DNA of 64,000 nt from a virus, in IMG/VR virus record IMGVR_UViG_3300028392_001993, positions 96,001 through 160,000 of that record. The stretch is one strand, 5' to 3'. The notes under the pieces were generated by a model. The model was given only the letters and a program-made list of their open reading frames with translations, had not been told where the DNA came from and did not search any database. Position 1 is the first letter of the stretch; every line of letters begins with the position of its first letter. Position numbers and translations under genes: made by a program. Positions 49,439 through 58,903 of the stretch are shown here, in pieces.

Positions 49439-50281
49439 TTAGGAGGCTTGATCGAAAAAACTTGTTTGGTCCAGTGTTACTGTTTGTTTGTATTCGTGTT
49501 TACATGCCGCACACGTGATCTGCACGGGTTTGAATTCGCTAGTGTTGCGTTTTTCAATAATCATGTCGCGAATTTTAACAAATAATTTTCTATCACTATT
49601 GCGTAAGAATTCTTCAATGTGCTCAGGTTCTGTTACCAACACCTGTGGCGTTCTGATGCTGGCAACGTTCCATTTTAATGCACTCACTGTTAGTTCTGTA
49701 ATTTTTTGCAAAGCCTGATTTAGCATTTCGAGTTTTTGTTCATCGGGTAAATCACTGCCGGGCACCGATTGCAACACACGCTGTTCTTCAAACTGTTTTA
49801 GGTTCACATCGTTTTGATCACGATAGTTCATGGGCTGAAAAGAGATCTCCAAATCACCTTCTCGGAGCGGAGTCACATAGTCTGGCATTTGCAAACCGTC
49901 TAGTACTATTCGTAAATCAATAGTATACTCGTCTTGATTTTTGCATTCTGGGCACTGGCTGTTGATCTCCATATCGTGCCCGTAGCTGGCAATTCTAATT
50001 GCTACCAAAATAGAATTAAGATCAGTACCAGGTGCTGACCAGGCGTCCTTGATGTCAGGAATACAACTTTGAATCACGTTGACTACTGCTGATCCGTTAA
50101 ACAGCGCATCAGGGGTGCGATATGTAATTTCATCAATTGCAGTCATGGGTAATACTGGCAATTCTTGATTTGGGGGCATCGTGATAGAGCCTTTGGGCCA
50201 GAAGTTACCATTAGAGGGCAAGCGCAGGTAAACTGACGGTTGTCTAAAATATTGTTTTAACGGATTCGCAATTTGGGACAT
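49439..50281 (-). CDS. gp26: Baseplate hub assembly/tail chaperone gp26-like
   Basis: NPLKQYFRQP...LPSNG, MTAIDEI...DLNSILVAIRIASYG, and two CxxC pairs (CPEC, CAAC). Confidence 0.75.
   Translation of the reverse strand: MSQIANPLKQYFRQPSVYLRLPSNGNFWPKGSITMPPNQELPVLPMTAIDEITYRTPDALFNGSAVVNVIQSCIPDIKDAWSAPGTDLNSILVAIRIASYGHDMEINSQCPECKNQDEYTIDLRIVLDGLQMPDYVTPLREGDLEISFQPMNYRDQNDVNLKQFEEQRVLQSVPGSDLPDEQKLEMLNQALQKITELTVSALKWNVASIRTPQVLVTEPEHIEEFLRNSDRKLFVKIRDMIIEKRNTSEFKPVQITCAACKHEYKQTVTLDQTSFFDQAS
49454..49460 (-). other. Programmed -1 frameshift heptamer T TTT TTC
   Basis: In-phase X XXY YYZ motif (agT TTT TTC gat) four codons before the stop; the -1 frame continues for 76 codons. Confidence 0.7.
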
Positions 50282-50289
50282 AAATCACC

Positions 50290-50311
50290 TATAAATATAG
50301 TTCTACTTATG
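50290..50311. promoter_or_regulatory. Divergent late promoters: TATAAATA (+, 50290-97) and CATAAGTA (-, 50311-04)
   Basis: Both lie in the 40-nt gap between the divergent gp26-like and tape measure genes. Confidence 0.65.
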
Positions 50312-50321
50312 GGTAATAAAC

Positions 50322-52895
50322 ATGGCTGAAGCAAATATTGAATTAGAACACATGGCTCGATTGTTGGAACAAGCCAACGGCGAAGTACAACGTTACGGTA
50401 AAGTAACCAAAGAAACTCAAGAAGCCATGACTGATGCCCAAATGAAGGCCAAGTTTGGTGTTGAGAACTTTACAAAAAGTACCAACACAGCAGGACAAGC
50501 GTTGGCTGCCTTGGCAGGTGCGGGCATCGAAAGTACCAAGGCCATGTACGAAGGCAAAAAAGGTGCTGCCGCTTTTAATTCCAGTTTAGATGAAATGTCT
50601 AAAGCAGCCGCACTGGCAGGCACAGCACTCACACTGTTGATTCCTGGCGGCATTGTGATGAAGGCCGTGATCGGCGGCCTGACCATGGCAGCCACAGCGG
50701 CCATTGCTTATACCAAAGCCGCCAACGACATGGCAGACAAACTGTATCAAGGCTACAGCAAACTGCAAGAATCAGGTGCGGCAGCCAGCGATGGCATGAC
50801 TGGTGTGTTTGAAGATGCTAAGAAACTGGGCTTGAGCATGAACCAGTTGGACAGTATGGTTGGACTGGTGGCAGCCAACAGTCAAGAACTTGCCTTGATG
50901 TCTGGATCTGTTGCACAAGGCCGCAAAGAATTTGCTAAAGTAGGCGAAGCACTAGAATCATCTAGAGAAGGCTTCTTCAAGATGGGTATTAGTCAGGAAG
51001 CGCAAAACGAAAGTATGATGCGTTATGTTAAAAACATGACTCTGTCGGGTCGTGCTCAAACCATGACAACCAAAGAGTTAGCAGATGGTGCTAGATCTTA
51101 CATTATGGAACAAGATCGATTGACCAAACTTACAGGTTTAAATGCTCAGGCACAACAGCAATTATTGGATCGTGCTAAAGATAGTGAACAATTTAATTCC
51201 AAGATCCGTGCCTTAGAAATGGAGAACACAGTTGAATCTCGAAAGGCTGCTGATGGATTGAGAGAAGGTTTAAAAATAGCTGCCATGGGCGGCGAGAAAA
51301 CCGCCGCCGGCTTTATGGCCTTAGCCACTAATAATTTGAGGAGTGCAGACGCCCAGGCATTATTCACCACATCATATGGTAAAGCCATGCAAGCACCATT
51401 GGACATAATTGCAGGCATGGATCCTGCCAAAGCACTACAACCCATGTTTGACGGTATTGCTGAGTTTGAAAGAACACAAGGTAATCAAATCAGTCAACTG
51501 GATGCCAGTAACGGTCGTTTTCTTGCATCAAAAGAACAGGAGAGGGCATCTATAATTTCTAGTATGGGTATAGAAAAAGGCATGGCAAAAATCAAGGCCG
51601 ATCAACTATTGCAACAGAAAGGTCTTGGTGACGAAGTCGCCAATGAATATGGCAGTATGATCAAAGAACAGCAAGATGCCAATAAGAAACTAGAACAATC
51701 AGTATTTAAAGGTGTATTGGGTTCTGTTACCAGCATGAGAAAATTAACCGGCGCTACTGATACTCTGGCAGATGGATTTAGTTTGCTTACTGACGGCATT
51801 AACAAACTGTTGAGCATAGTTGGTCTGGGCCCAGAAGAAGACAAAGTGGCTGAGAAAGACAAAGAAATCAAAGACGTCAGGAAAGAACTAGCAACGGCTT
51901 ATGCCAATCAAGCAATCGCAAAAACACCTGGAGAAAAAGCCACAGCAGATCGAGAAGTTGCATACTATACTGAAAAACAAAAATTACTTGAAGCCGAGAA
52001 GAAAAATCTATTAGAAGATGAGAAGAACGCTGCCTACGAGAAAGAAGTAATAAAACGTGCTGAAGATGATGCCAAACTGAAAAAAGCAGAGCGCGATCGT
52101 CAAATGAAGACTGCTACAGTTGCGCAAAAAATGGGTATTGGCCTAGACAAACCAATGAAAGAGGCTAAAGAGGCATACGAAGCCGCGGACATGAAGGCCG
52201 CTCAACTGGGCATAGTGGGTAGTCCGACTCGAAGTGCGGCGGTGCAAGAACTCAAAGGATCAGGATGGAAACCAACTGAAAAGAAAAGAGCAGGTGCTTC
52301 CCAAAGCGGTACGTCAAGAGAGAGTCTTGAAGAGCAAGGACTCAAACTGAAAAAAGGTGATGTGCAGGCTGAAGGTGCTGACCTTAGCCCTAACATAATT
52401 GAACTGGCCAAAAACATACAAGAAAATATCAAAGGGTTTGGGCATTTTAGTGCATTCAATGATAATTTTCATAATGAGAAAGCATCTTCAAGCAAGCACG
52501 TAAAAGGACTTGCTGCCGACTTCACACTAGATAAAAAGCCCAGTCCTGAACAAGGAAAAGAACTTGTTACTTGGTTAAACAAGCAAGGTGCTAGCCTTGC
52601 AATCGATGAATACAACAATGCCACTAAAGGTGCCACAGGTGGTCACATTCACGTGGAAATTCCTACCTTTGCTGAAGGTGGCGACCTGGCTGCAGGCAAA
52701 CTGGGCATTGCCGGTGAAGCAGGCCCGGAATTTGTCGAAGGCCCGGCTAGCATTACTCCAATGGGTGACATAATGGGGGTGTTTAACAACATGGCCATGA
52801 TGATGGGTAAACAAGTGGGTGCAATTGATGAATTGGTCAGAATTGCCAAGAACGGCAACGACATACAAACTAAGATCCTGCGTGTGCAACAGTAA
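50322..52895 (+). CDS. Tape measure protein with C-terminal M15-type peptidoglycan peptidase domain
   Basis: Ala/Gly/Lys/Glu-rich helical body; Zn-peptidase motifs FH...SKHVKGLAADF (SxHxxGxAxD) and GHIHVEI. Confidence 0.75.
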   Translation: MAEANIELEHMARLLEQANGEVQRYGKVTKETQEAMTDAQMKAKFGVENFTKSTNTAGQALAALAGAGIESTKAMYEGKKGAAAFNSSLDEMSKAAALAGTALTLLIPGGIVMKAVIGGLTMAATAAIAYTKAANDMADKLYQGYSKLQESGAAASDGMTGVFEDAKKLGLSMNQLDSMVGLVAANSQELALMSGSVAQGRKEFAKVGEALESSREGFFKMGISQEAQNESMMRYVKNMTLSGRAQTMTTKELADGARSYIMEQDRLTKLTGLNAQAQQQLLDRAKDSEQFNSKIRALEMENTVESRKAADGLREGLKIAAMGGEKTAAGFMALATNNLRSADAQALFTTSYGKAMQAPLDIIAGMDPAKALQPMFDGIAEFERTQGNQISQLDASNGRFLASKEQERASIISSMGIEKGMAKIKADQLLQQKGLGDEVANEYGSMIKEQQDANKKLEQSVFKGVLGSVTSMRKLTGATDTLADGFSLLTDGINKLLSIVGLGPEEDKVAEKDKEIKDVRKELATAYANQAIAKTPGEKATADREVAYYTEKQKLLEAEKKNLLEDEKNAAYEKEVIKRAEDDAKLKKAERDRQMKTATVAQKMGIGLDKPMKEAKEAYEAADMKAAQLGIVGSPTRSAAVQELKGSGWKPTEKKRAGASQSGTSRESLEEQGLKLKKGDVQAEGADLSPNIIELAKNIQENIKGFGHFSAFNDNFHNEKASSSKHVKGLAADFTLDKKPSPEQGKELVTWLNKQGASLAIDEYNNATKGATGGHIHVEIPTFAEGGDLAAGKLGIAGEAGPEFVEGPASITPMGDIMGVFNNMAMMMGKQVGAIDELVRIAKNGNDIQTKILRVQQ

Positions 52896-52900
52896 ACACG

Positions 52901-52907
52901 GTAAATA
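52901..52907 (+). promoter_or_regulatory. Late promoter GTAAATA upstream of the portal gene
   Basis: 7 nt separate it from ATG 52915. Confidence 0.65.
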
Positions 52908-52914
52908 AACTACT

Positions 52915-54699
52915 ATGGCAGATACAAAACAAGGCTCCTGGCGCAAGTACTTCAAGGTTGCAGACAACTCTGGAGCTCAAAGTCCTATTTCAGGATCAAA
53001 TCAATTTGGTTTACCAAACTACCCCCGCAACGACGGCAGTGGTAGTGCATCACAAGCAGACTTTGTGTTTCGTAACTATGCCAGCAGACTACCGGAAGTT
53101 TACTCGGGCCACCCCAATCGTGTGGAACGCTACAACCAGTACGAGAACATGGACATGGACTCAGAAGTCAATGCATGCCTGGACATCATTGCTGAGTTTT
53201 CCACACAACTGAGTGAAACCAACGGCACACCGTTTGATGTAAAATACAACGACAAGCCCACTGATCACGAAATTGAAATTATCAAGAAGCAGATGCAACA
53301 GTGGGTCAAGCTGAACAAGCTGGATCAACGCATCTTTAAACTGTTCCGCAACACCATCAAATACGGCGATCAAGTGTTTGTGCGTGATCCAGAAACATTT
53401 GAAATGTACTGGGTGGACATGAGCAAGGTCATGCGTATCATTGTGAACGAAAGCGAAGGCAAGCGTCCTGAGCAGTATGTGATTCGTGACATCAACCCCA
53501 ACTTCCAGAACATGACTGTGGCAGCCAAGACCACCACAGACTACATGACAAACCCTGTGACAGGTACTATCAGCGGCAGTTCAAACTACACCATGCCCAA
53601 TGGCGGTGCCGGAGGCGGTGTGGGCAACAGTCGCTTTATGCAGGCCATGAACGAAGCCACAATTGATGCCAAGCACGTGGTACATTGCAGTTTGAACGAA
53701 GGCCTGGATGTGTTCTGGCCCTTTGGACGCAGTATACTGGAACAGATTTACAAGGTTTACAAGCAGAAAGAACTGTTAGAAGACGCTATTCTTATCTATC
53801 GTGTGAGCCGGGCACCTGAGCGCAGAGTGTTCAAAATTGACGTGGGCAACATGCCCAGTCACTTGGCCATGCAGTTTGTAGAACGTGTGAAAAACGAAAT
53901 GCATCAACGCCGAATCCCTACCATGACCGGTGGCGGTCAAAACATGATGGATTCAAGTTACAATCCACTATCAATTAATGAAGATTACTTCTTTCCCCAA
54001 GGCCAAGACGGCCGTGGCTCTAGTGTAGATGTACTGCAAGGCGGTGCAAACCTAGGCGAAATTGACGATTTAAAGTACTTTAACAACAAGATGGCACGTG
54101 GTTTACGTGTGCCTAGCAGTTACTTGCCCACTGGACCTGACGACTCAGACCGTGCTTTGAGCGACGGAAAAGTAGGCACAGCACTGATACAAGAGTACAG
54201 ATTCAACCAGTATTGTGAACGTTTACAGGCGTTAATTGCACAAAAACTGGACGACGAATTCAAGATGTTCTTGAAGTGGCGCGGCTTTAACATCGACTCC
54301 GGCTTGTTCAGTATTGGATTTAATGCACCACAGAACTTTGCAAGTTACCGTCAAAGCGAATTGGACAACACACGTATCCAGGCATTTATGCAGTTGGAAC
54401 CCTTGCCTTACATGTCGAAACGTTTCTTGCTTGAACGCTTCTTGGGTTTGACCGAAGGCGAAGTCAAAGAAAACGAAGATATGTGGCGTGAAGAACGTGA
54501 AGATCCACAACTCAAAGTTGCCGGCAGTGATTTACGTGCTGTGGGTATTAACCCAGGTGCTATGCAAACAGACATTGATACTGGTGAAGAAATTGGCCAA
54601 ATGGAACCAGCAGGGGTAGGCACACCTGAAGTAGGATCAGCTCCAGCAGGTCCTGTAGTACCAGGTGGCGTGGGTGGCGCAGGTGCCCCTGCTGTATAA
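52915..54699 (+). CDS. gp20: Portal protein
   Basis: EDAILIYRVSRAPERRVFKIDVGNMP, EDYFFP and LRVPSSYL. Confidence 0.95.
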   Translation: MADTKQGSWRKYFKVADNSGAQSPISGSNQFGLPNYPRNDGSGSASQADFVFRNYASRLPEVYSGHPNRVERYNQYENMDMDSEVNACLDIIAEFSTQLSETNGTPFDVKYNDKPTDHEIEIIKKQMQQWVKLNKLDQRIFKLFRNTIKYGDQVFVRDPETFEMYWVDMSKVMRIIVNESEGKRPEQYVIRDINPNFQNMTVAAKTTTDYMTNPVTGTISGSSNYTMPNGGAGGGVGNSRFMQAMNEATIDAKHVVHCSLNEGLDVFWPFGRSILEQIYKVYKQKELLEDAILIYRVSRAPERRVFKIDVGNMPSHLAMQFVERVKNEMHQRRIPTMTGGGQNMMDSSYNPLSINEDYFFPQGQDGRGSSVDVLQGGANLGEIDDLKYFNNKMARGLRVPSSYLPTGPDDSDRALSDGKVGTALIQEYRFNQYCERLQALIAQKLDDEFKMFLKWRGFNIDSGLFSIGFNAPQNFASYRQSELDNTRIQAFMQLEPLPYMSKRFLLERFLGLTEGEVKENEDMWREEREDPQLKVAGSDLRAVGINPGAMQTDIDTGEEIGQMEPAGVGTPEVGSAPAGPVVPGGVGGAGAPAV

Positions 54700-54702
54700 A
54701 TA
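54695..54702 (+). promoter_or_regulatory. Late promoter TATAAATA overlapping the portal stop codon
   Basis: Exact consensus, 5 nt before ATG 54708. Confidence 0.7.
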
Positions 54703-54707
54703 CTGGT

Positions 54708-54929
54708 ATGATACTAAACGAATTTTGGCACAAAGACCCCGAAGCCTATCAGGATCTAGATCAAGACAACAGCCAAACACAACTGGGCGATTTGCGTAAA
54801 ACGCATCTAACCTTGCGTCAGTTAAACAAACTGCGCAAGATGAACGATGTGCGTACAGTTGAATACAAAGAGAAACTCAAATTGGTGCGTCAGCAGTATG
54901 CACCTGCTCCAGAAGCACCGGCGATGTAA
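54708..54929 (+). CDS. Small head-module hypothetical protein
   Basis: 73 aa with its own late promoter; RKTHLTLRQLNKLRKM. Confidence 0.7.
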   Translation: MILNEFWHKDPEAYQDLDQDNSQTQLGDLRKTHLTLRQLNKLRKMNDVRTVEYKEKLKLVRQQYAPAPEAPAM

Positions 54930-54976
54930 TTTATCGCCATTTCGACCCCATAAACCGCTAGTTTTTCTCCTAGGGT

Positions 54977-54983
54977 GTAAATA
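54977..54983 (+). promoter_or_regulatory. Late promoter GTAAATA
   Basis: Upstream of the AGGAG RBS and ATG 55015. Confidence 0.65.
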
Positions 54984-55014
54984 ACATTACACTTTAACCT
55001 ATAGGAGTTTCCTT

Positions 55015-55863
55015 ATGAACAGATTTGAACAATTGATCGAATACGTGATCAATGATGAAGAAGCAAAAGCTCGCGAACTTTTCCATGACATCGTTGTGGC
55101 CAAGAGTCGTGAAATTTACGAGAACTTGATGCAAGAAGAAGCCGAAGAGGACCTTGACGAGGCCGCTGAGGAAGAACTTGATGAAGATTCAGAAGAAGAA
55201 GACCTAGACGAAGGCGCCATGGGCGGCGACGCTAGTGACGACTTGATCGACAATATCGAAGCTGATGAAGAGCAAGATATGAGTATGGAAGGCGAAGAAG
55301 ACGAGTTTGGCGGAGATCACGACGAGCCAGATGCTGATAACATGGGCGGCCCAAGCGATATGGATGCTGACAACGAGCCAGCTACTAAAGACGACATTCT
55401 TAACTTGGAAGACAAATTGGACCAGTTAATGGCTGAATTTGAAGACCTAATGGGCGGTGACGACATGGGCGGTGACGGCGACGGTTTCGGACCAGACGAA
55501 GGCGGCGACGCTATTGAAATGGACGACACAGACGAAATGGAAGGCATGATGGAAGCAATTTCATTGAAAGCCGCTCCAAAGCCAGTGACTTCTGAAGAAG
55601 GCGGCGTTAACAAGAAGTCCACAGTATCTGCTAACTCAGGTGCTAAAGGACCAATTGGTAGCACAGTCAAGCCAGTACACGCTGGTGGCGAAGGTGGCGG
55701 CAAGCATGATGCAGCCGGTGCTTACAGCAACCAAACTAAAGACTTGATCGGCGATTTCCAAAACAAAGCCGGTGGAAGTATGAAAGGCCAAAAGCCTGCT
55801 ACTAAGCCACACTTGGCACAAGCAACAGGTGTTAACACAAAGAGCCCAGTAGCTCGCGGTTAA
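55015..55863 (+). CDS. Highly acidic prohead core/scaffold-like protein
   Basis: D/E-rich N-terminal two-thirds and K/G-rich tail; lies between portal and protease, where T4 encodes gp67/gp68. Confidence 0.6.
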   Translation: MNRFEQLIEYVINDEEAKARELFHDIVVAKSREIYENLMQEEAEEDLDEAAEEELDEDSEEEDLDEGAMGGDASDDLIDNIEADEEQDMSMEGEEDEFGGDHDEPDADNMGGPSDMDADNEPATKDDILNLEDKLDQLMAEFEDLMGGDDMGGDGDGFGPDEGGDAIEMDDTDEMEGMMEAISLKAAPKPVTSEEGGVNKKSTVSANSGAKGPIGSTVKPVHAGGEGGGKHDAAGAYSNQTKDLIGDFQNKAGGSMKGQKPATKPHLAQATGVNTKSPVARG

Positions 55864-55866
55864 TAC

Positions 55867-56502
55867 ATGAAAACACTAAGAGAACAACTTACCTTTAATC
55901 AGGCCAACATCCAGGTTCTAGAAGAATCTGGACCCGATGGCCATGGTAAGCACCTCTATTTGAAAGGCATTTGTATTGAAGGCAACAAGCGCAATGCAAA
56001 TGACCGCGTCTACCCATTACATGAAATCAGCAAGGCAGTTAACACAATTAATGAGCAAATCAAAAGCGGTAACTCAGTGTTAGGTGAAGTGGATCATCCG
56101 GATGATTTGAAAATTAATCTAGATCGTGTGTGTCACTCAGTTGAAGGTATGTGGATGGATGGCGATACTGGATGTGGAAAGTTAAAGATTCTACCAACCC
56201 CAATGGGTGAGTTAATCAAGACACTGTTAACATCAGGTATAAAACTCGGAGTTTCGAGTCGTGGCAGCGGCAACGTTGACGACAGAACTGGACATGTAAG
56301 TGACTTCGAAATAGTCACTATAGATGTGGTTGCTCAACCCAGCGCACCCAATGCATACCCTAAAGCAATATATGAAAGTCTCATGAATATGAAGTACGGT
56401 CATAGACTGTTAGAGGTAGCCAAGGAAGCGGGCGAAGACAACAAAGTGCAGAAGTATCTCAAGAATGAAGTTGTAAAACTCATCAGAGAACTCAAGATCT
56501 AA
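55867..56502 (+). CDS. gp21: Prohead protease
   Basis: NRNDRVYP-like motif, LGEVDHP, GVSSRGSG and DVVAQPSAPNA. Confidence 0.95.
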   Translation: MKTLREQLTFNQANIQVLEESGPDGHGKHLYLKGICIEGNKRNANDRVYPLHEISKAVNTINEQIKSGNSVLGEVDHPDDLKINLDRVCHSVEGMWMDGDTGCGKLKILPTPMGELIKTLLTSGIKLGVSSRGSGNVDDRTGHVSDFEIVTIDVVAQPSAPNAYPKAIYESLMNMKYGHRLLEVAKEAGEDNKVQKYLKNEVVKLIRELKI

Positions 56503-56515
56503 GGAGAATCTACTA

Positions 56516-57604
56516 ATGTTAGATGCAATCAAACCATTGTTAGATAGTGACCTGATCACCGAGGAAACTCGTACAGAGATCACAGAAGCTTGGGCAGCCA
56601 AGTTAAGTGAAGCTCGTGAACAGGCTCGTGCAGAACTACGTGAAGAGTTCGCACAACGCTATGAGCATGATAAGTCAGTGATGGTAGAAGCTTTGGATAA
56701 AATGGTAACAGAAGGTTTAGCCGCAGAAATTGCACAAGTAGCCGCTGAGAAGCGCAACTTGAGTGAAGATCGCGTCAAGTTCCAACACAAGATCAAAGAG
56801 TCAGCACAGAAGTTTAACGGCTTCTTGGTGACAAAACTTGCAGAAGAAATTGGCGAATTGCGCAAAGACCGTAAGATGCACACAGAAGGACTAGCCAAAC
56901 TAGAAAACTTCATGGTGCATGCATTGGCTCGTGAAATTCAAGAATTTGCCGCAGACAAGCGTGATGTAGTGGAAACAAAAGTCCGCTTGGTCCGTGAAGC
57001 TCGTGGTAAACTTGAAAGTCTCAAAGCACGTTTCGTAAAAGAATCTGCTGAGAAAATGAGTCAAGCTGTTAGCCGTCATCTAAAGACAGAACTTTCACAA
57101 TTGCAAGAAGACATCAAAATTGCTCGCGAGAACAATTTCGGTCGTCGTATCTTTGAAGCATACGCAAGTGAATTTGGTGCTACTCACCTAAATGAGAAAG
57201 CAGAAGTTCGCAAGTTGTATAGTGCATTGTCACACCGTGACAAGCAATTGGCGGAAGCCATTAAACTCGCACAACGAGCCAAAGTCGTTGTAGAGTCAAA
57301 AGAACGTGAAATACGTATAATCAAAGAATCCAATGAGCGCGAAAGCACCATGGAGATGTTGCTTGCCCCTCTCAACCGAGAGAAGCAAGATGTTATGCGT
57401 AATTTGCTTGAAAGCGTACAAACAACCCGTTTGAAAAACGCATTCGAAAAGTATCTGCCAGCCGTATTGGAAGACCGCTCTGTAAAAGCCTCAAAAGTGA
57501 TTACAGAAAACGTTTCAGTAGCAACTGGGGATAAATCTGTTCCAAGTGGTCAGCAGGAAGATCGTAGTAATGTGATCGACCTCAAGCGCCTGGCAGGGTT
57601 ATAA
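56516..57604 (+). CDS. gp22: Prohead core scaffolding protein
   Basis: Coiled-coil E/K/A-rich protein between the protease and major capsid genes. Confidence 0.85.
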   Translation: MLDAIKPLLDSDLITEETRTEITEAWAAKLSEAREQARAELREEFAQRYEHDKSVMVEALDKMVTEGLAAEIAQVAAEKRNLSEDRVKFQHKIKESAQKFNGFLVTKLAEEIGELRKDRKMHTEGLAKLENFMVHALAREIQEFAADKRDVVETKVRLVREARGKLESLKARFVKESAEKMSQAVSRHLKTELSQLQEDIKIARENNFGRRIFEAYASEFGATHLNEKAEVRKLYSALSHRDKQLAEAIKLAQRAKVVVESKEREIRIIKESNERESTMEMLLAPLNREKQDVMRNLLESVQTTRLKNAFEKYLPAVLEDRSVKASKVITENVSVATGDKSVPSGQQEDRSNVIDLKRLAGL

Positions 57605-57605
57605 T

Positions 57606-57617
57606 TAAATAAGGAGA
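57606..57617 (+). promoter_or_regulatory. Late promoter TAAATA and AGGAG RBS of the major capsid gene
   Basis: TAAATA-AGGAG-acttaa-ATG. Confidence 0.65.
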
Positions 57618-57622
57618 CTTAA

Positions 57623-58819
57623 ATGTCACAAGAACTATTAGAAAGCCGCTGGGGCGAGACCAAAGAAGCATTGCTCGAAGGTCTTAACGGCTCAAAGCGC
57701 AACAGCATGGGCGTTATCCTTGAGAATACACGTAAGTATTTGAAAGAGAACGCATCAGCTGGTTCCACAGCATCTGGCAACATCGCCACACTTAACCGTG
57801 TGATTCTGCCAGTTATCCGTCGTGTTATGCCAACCGTTATTGCTAACGAATTGGTAGGCGTTCAGCCAATGACAGGCCCAGTTGGTCAAATTCACACTCT
57901 GCGTGTTCGTTACGCACAGTCATTGACTGACACATCAGCAGCCGCTACAAGCGTGTCAGCTGGTCAAGAAGCATTGTCACCATTCACGATTGCTCAGGCA
58001 TATTCAACTGTACCACAGGCAACTACTACTGCTACCAACTATACTGGTAACAATACAGCGACCATGGAAGGTACAGGCGGTAAGCAAATTTCTGTGCAAA
58101 TCTTGAAACAAGCCGTTGAAGCTCGTACACGTAAGTTACAAGCTCGTTGGACTTTTGAATCTGCACAAGATGCACAAGCCATGCACGGTATTGACGTTGA
58201 AGCAGAAATTATGGCTGCTTTGGCTCAAGAAATTACAGCTGAAATCGACCAAGAGATTCTCTTGTCACTACGTTCATTGGCTGCAACTGAGTTCACATAC
58301 AACCAAGCAACCGTTTCAGGTACTGCTACATTCGTTGGTGACGAACACGCCGCATTGGCTGTTTTGATCAATCGTACAGCAAACTTGATCGCCCAACGTA
58401 CACGTCGCGGCGCAGGTAACTGGGCTGTTGTTAGTTCAGCTGCCTTGACAGTGTTGCAATCTGCAACTACTTCAGCTTTTGCACGTACTACAGAAGGTAC
58501 TTTCGAAGCACCTACAAACACCAAGTTTGTTGGTACATTGAACGGCGCTATGCGTGTGTTCGTTGACTCTTATGCAAGTGACACAACACCAGTGTTGGTC
58601 GGTTACAAAGGTTCTTCAGAAGCAGACGCTCCAGCATTCTATTGCCCATACATTCCTTTGATGTCTTCAGGCGTTGTGTTGGATCCAACAACATTCGAAC
58701 CAGTCGTGTCATTCATGACACGTTATGGCTACATCGAATTGACAAACACTGCATCGTCTTTCGGCAATGCTGGTGACTATGTTGGTGAGATTGCTGTATC
58801 TAACTTGTCATTCTCCTAA
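57623..58819 (+). CDS. gp23: Major capsid protein
   Basis: VGVQPMTGPVGQIHTLR, RKLQARWTFE...QD, AEIDQEI, FYCPYIPL and MTRYG; 398 aa. Confidence 0.97.
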   Translation: MSQELLESRWGETKEALLEGLNGSKRNSMGVILENTRKYLKENASAGSTASGNIATLNRVILPVIRRVMPTVIANELVGVQPMTGPVGQIHTLRVRYAQSLTDTSAAATSVSAGQEALSPFTIAQAYSTVPQATTTATNYTGNNTATMEGTGGKQISVQILKQAVEARTRKLQARWTFESAQDAQAMHGIDVEAEIMAALAQEITAEIDQEILLSLRSLAATEFTYNQATVSGTATFVGDEHAALAVLINRTANLIAQRTRRGAGNWAVVSSAALTVLQSATTSAFARTTEGTFEAPTNTKFVGTLNGAMRVFVDSYASDTTPVLVGYKGSSEADAPAFYCPYIPLMSSGVVLDPTTFEPVVSFMTRYGYIELTNTASSFGNAGDYVGEIAVSNLSFS

Positions 58820-58860
58820 TCAGAGAACGCAAACTTTCTCAGGGATGGGAAGGAAAAACA

Positions 58861-58886
58861 AAAAGGGCCGAAAGGCCCTTTTTTGT
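58861..58886 (+). terminator. Intrinsic terminator after the capsid gene (bidirectional)
   Basis: AAAAGGGCC-GAAA-GGCCCTTTTTT with a GNRA loop, between convergent genes. Confidence 0.9.
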
Positions 58887-58903
58887 TGACGGTACAAATG
58901 TCT

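Noticed and set aside
42808-57604. Inteins or introns in gp46, portal or protease
   Set aside because: Lengths and motif spacing are normal, with no intein C1/HN-C signatures or LAGLIDADG inserts noticed.
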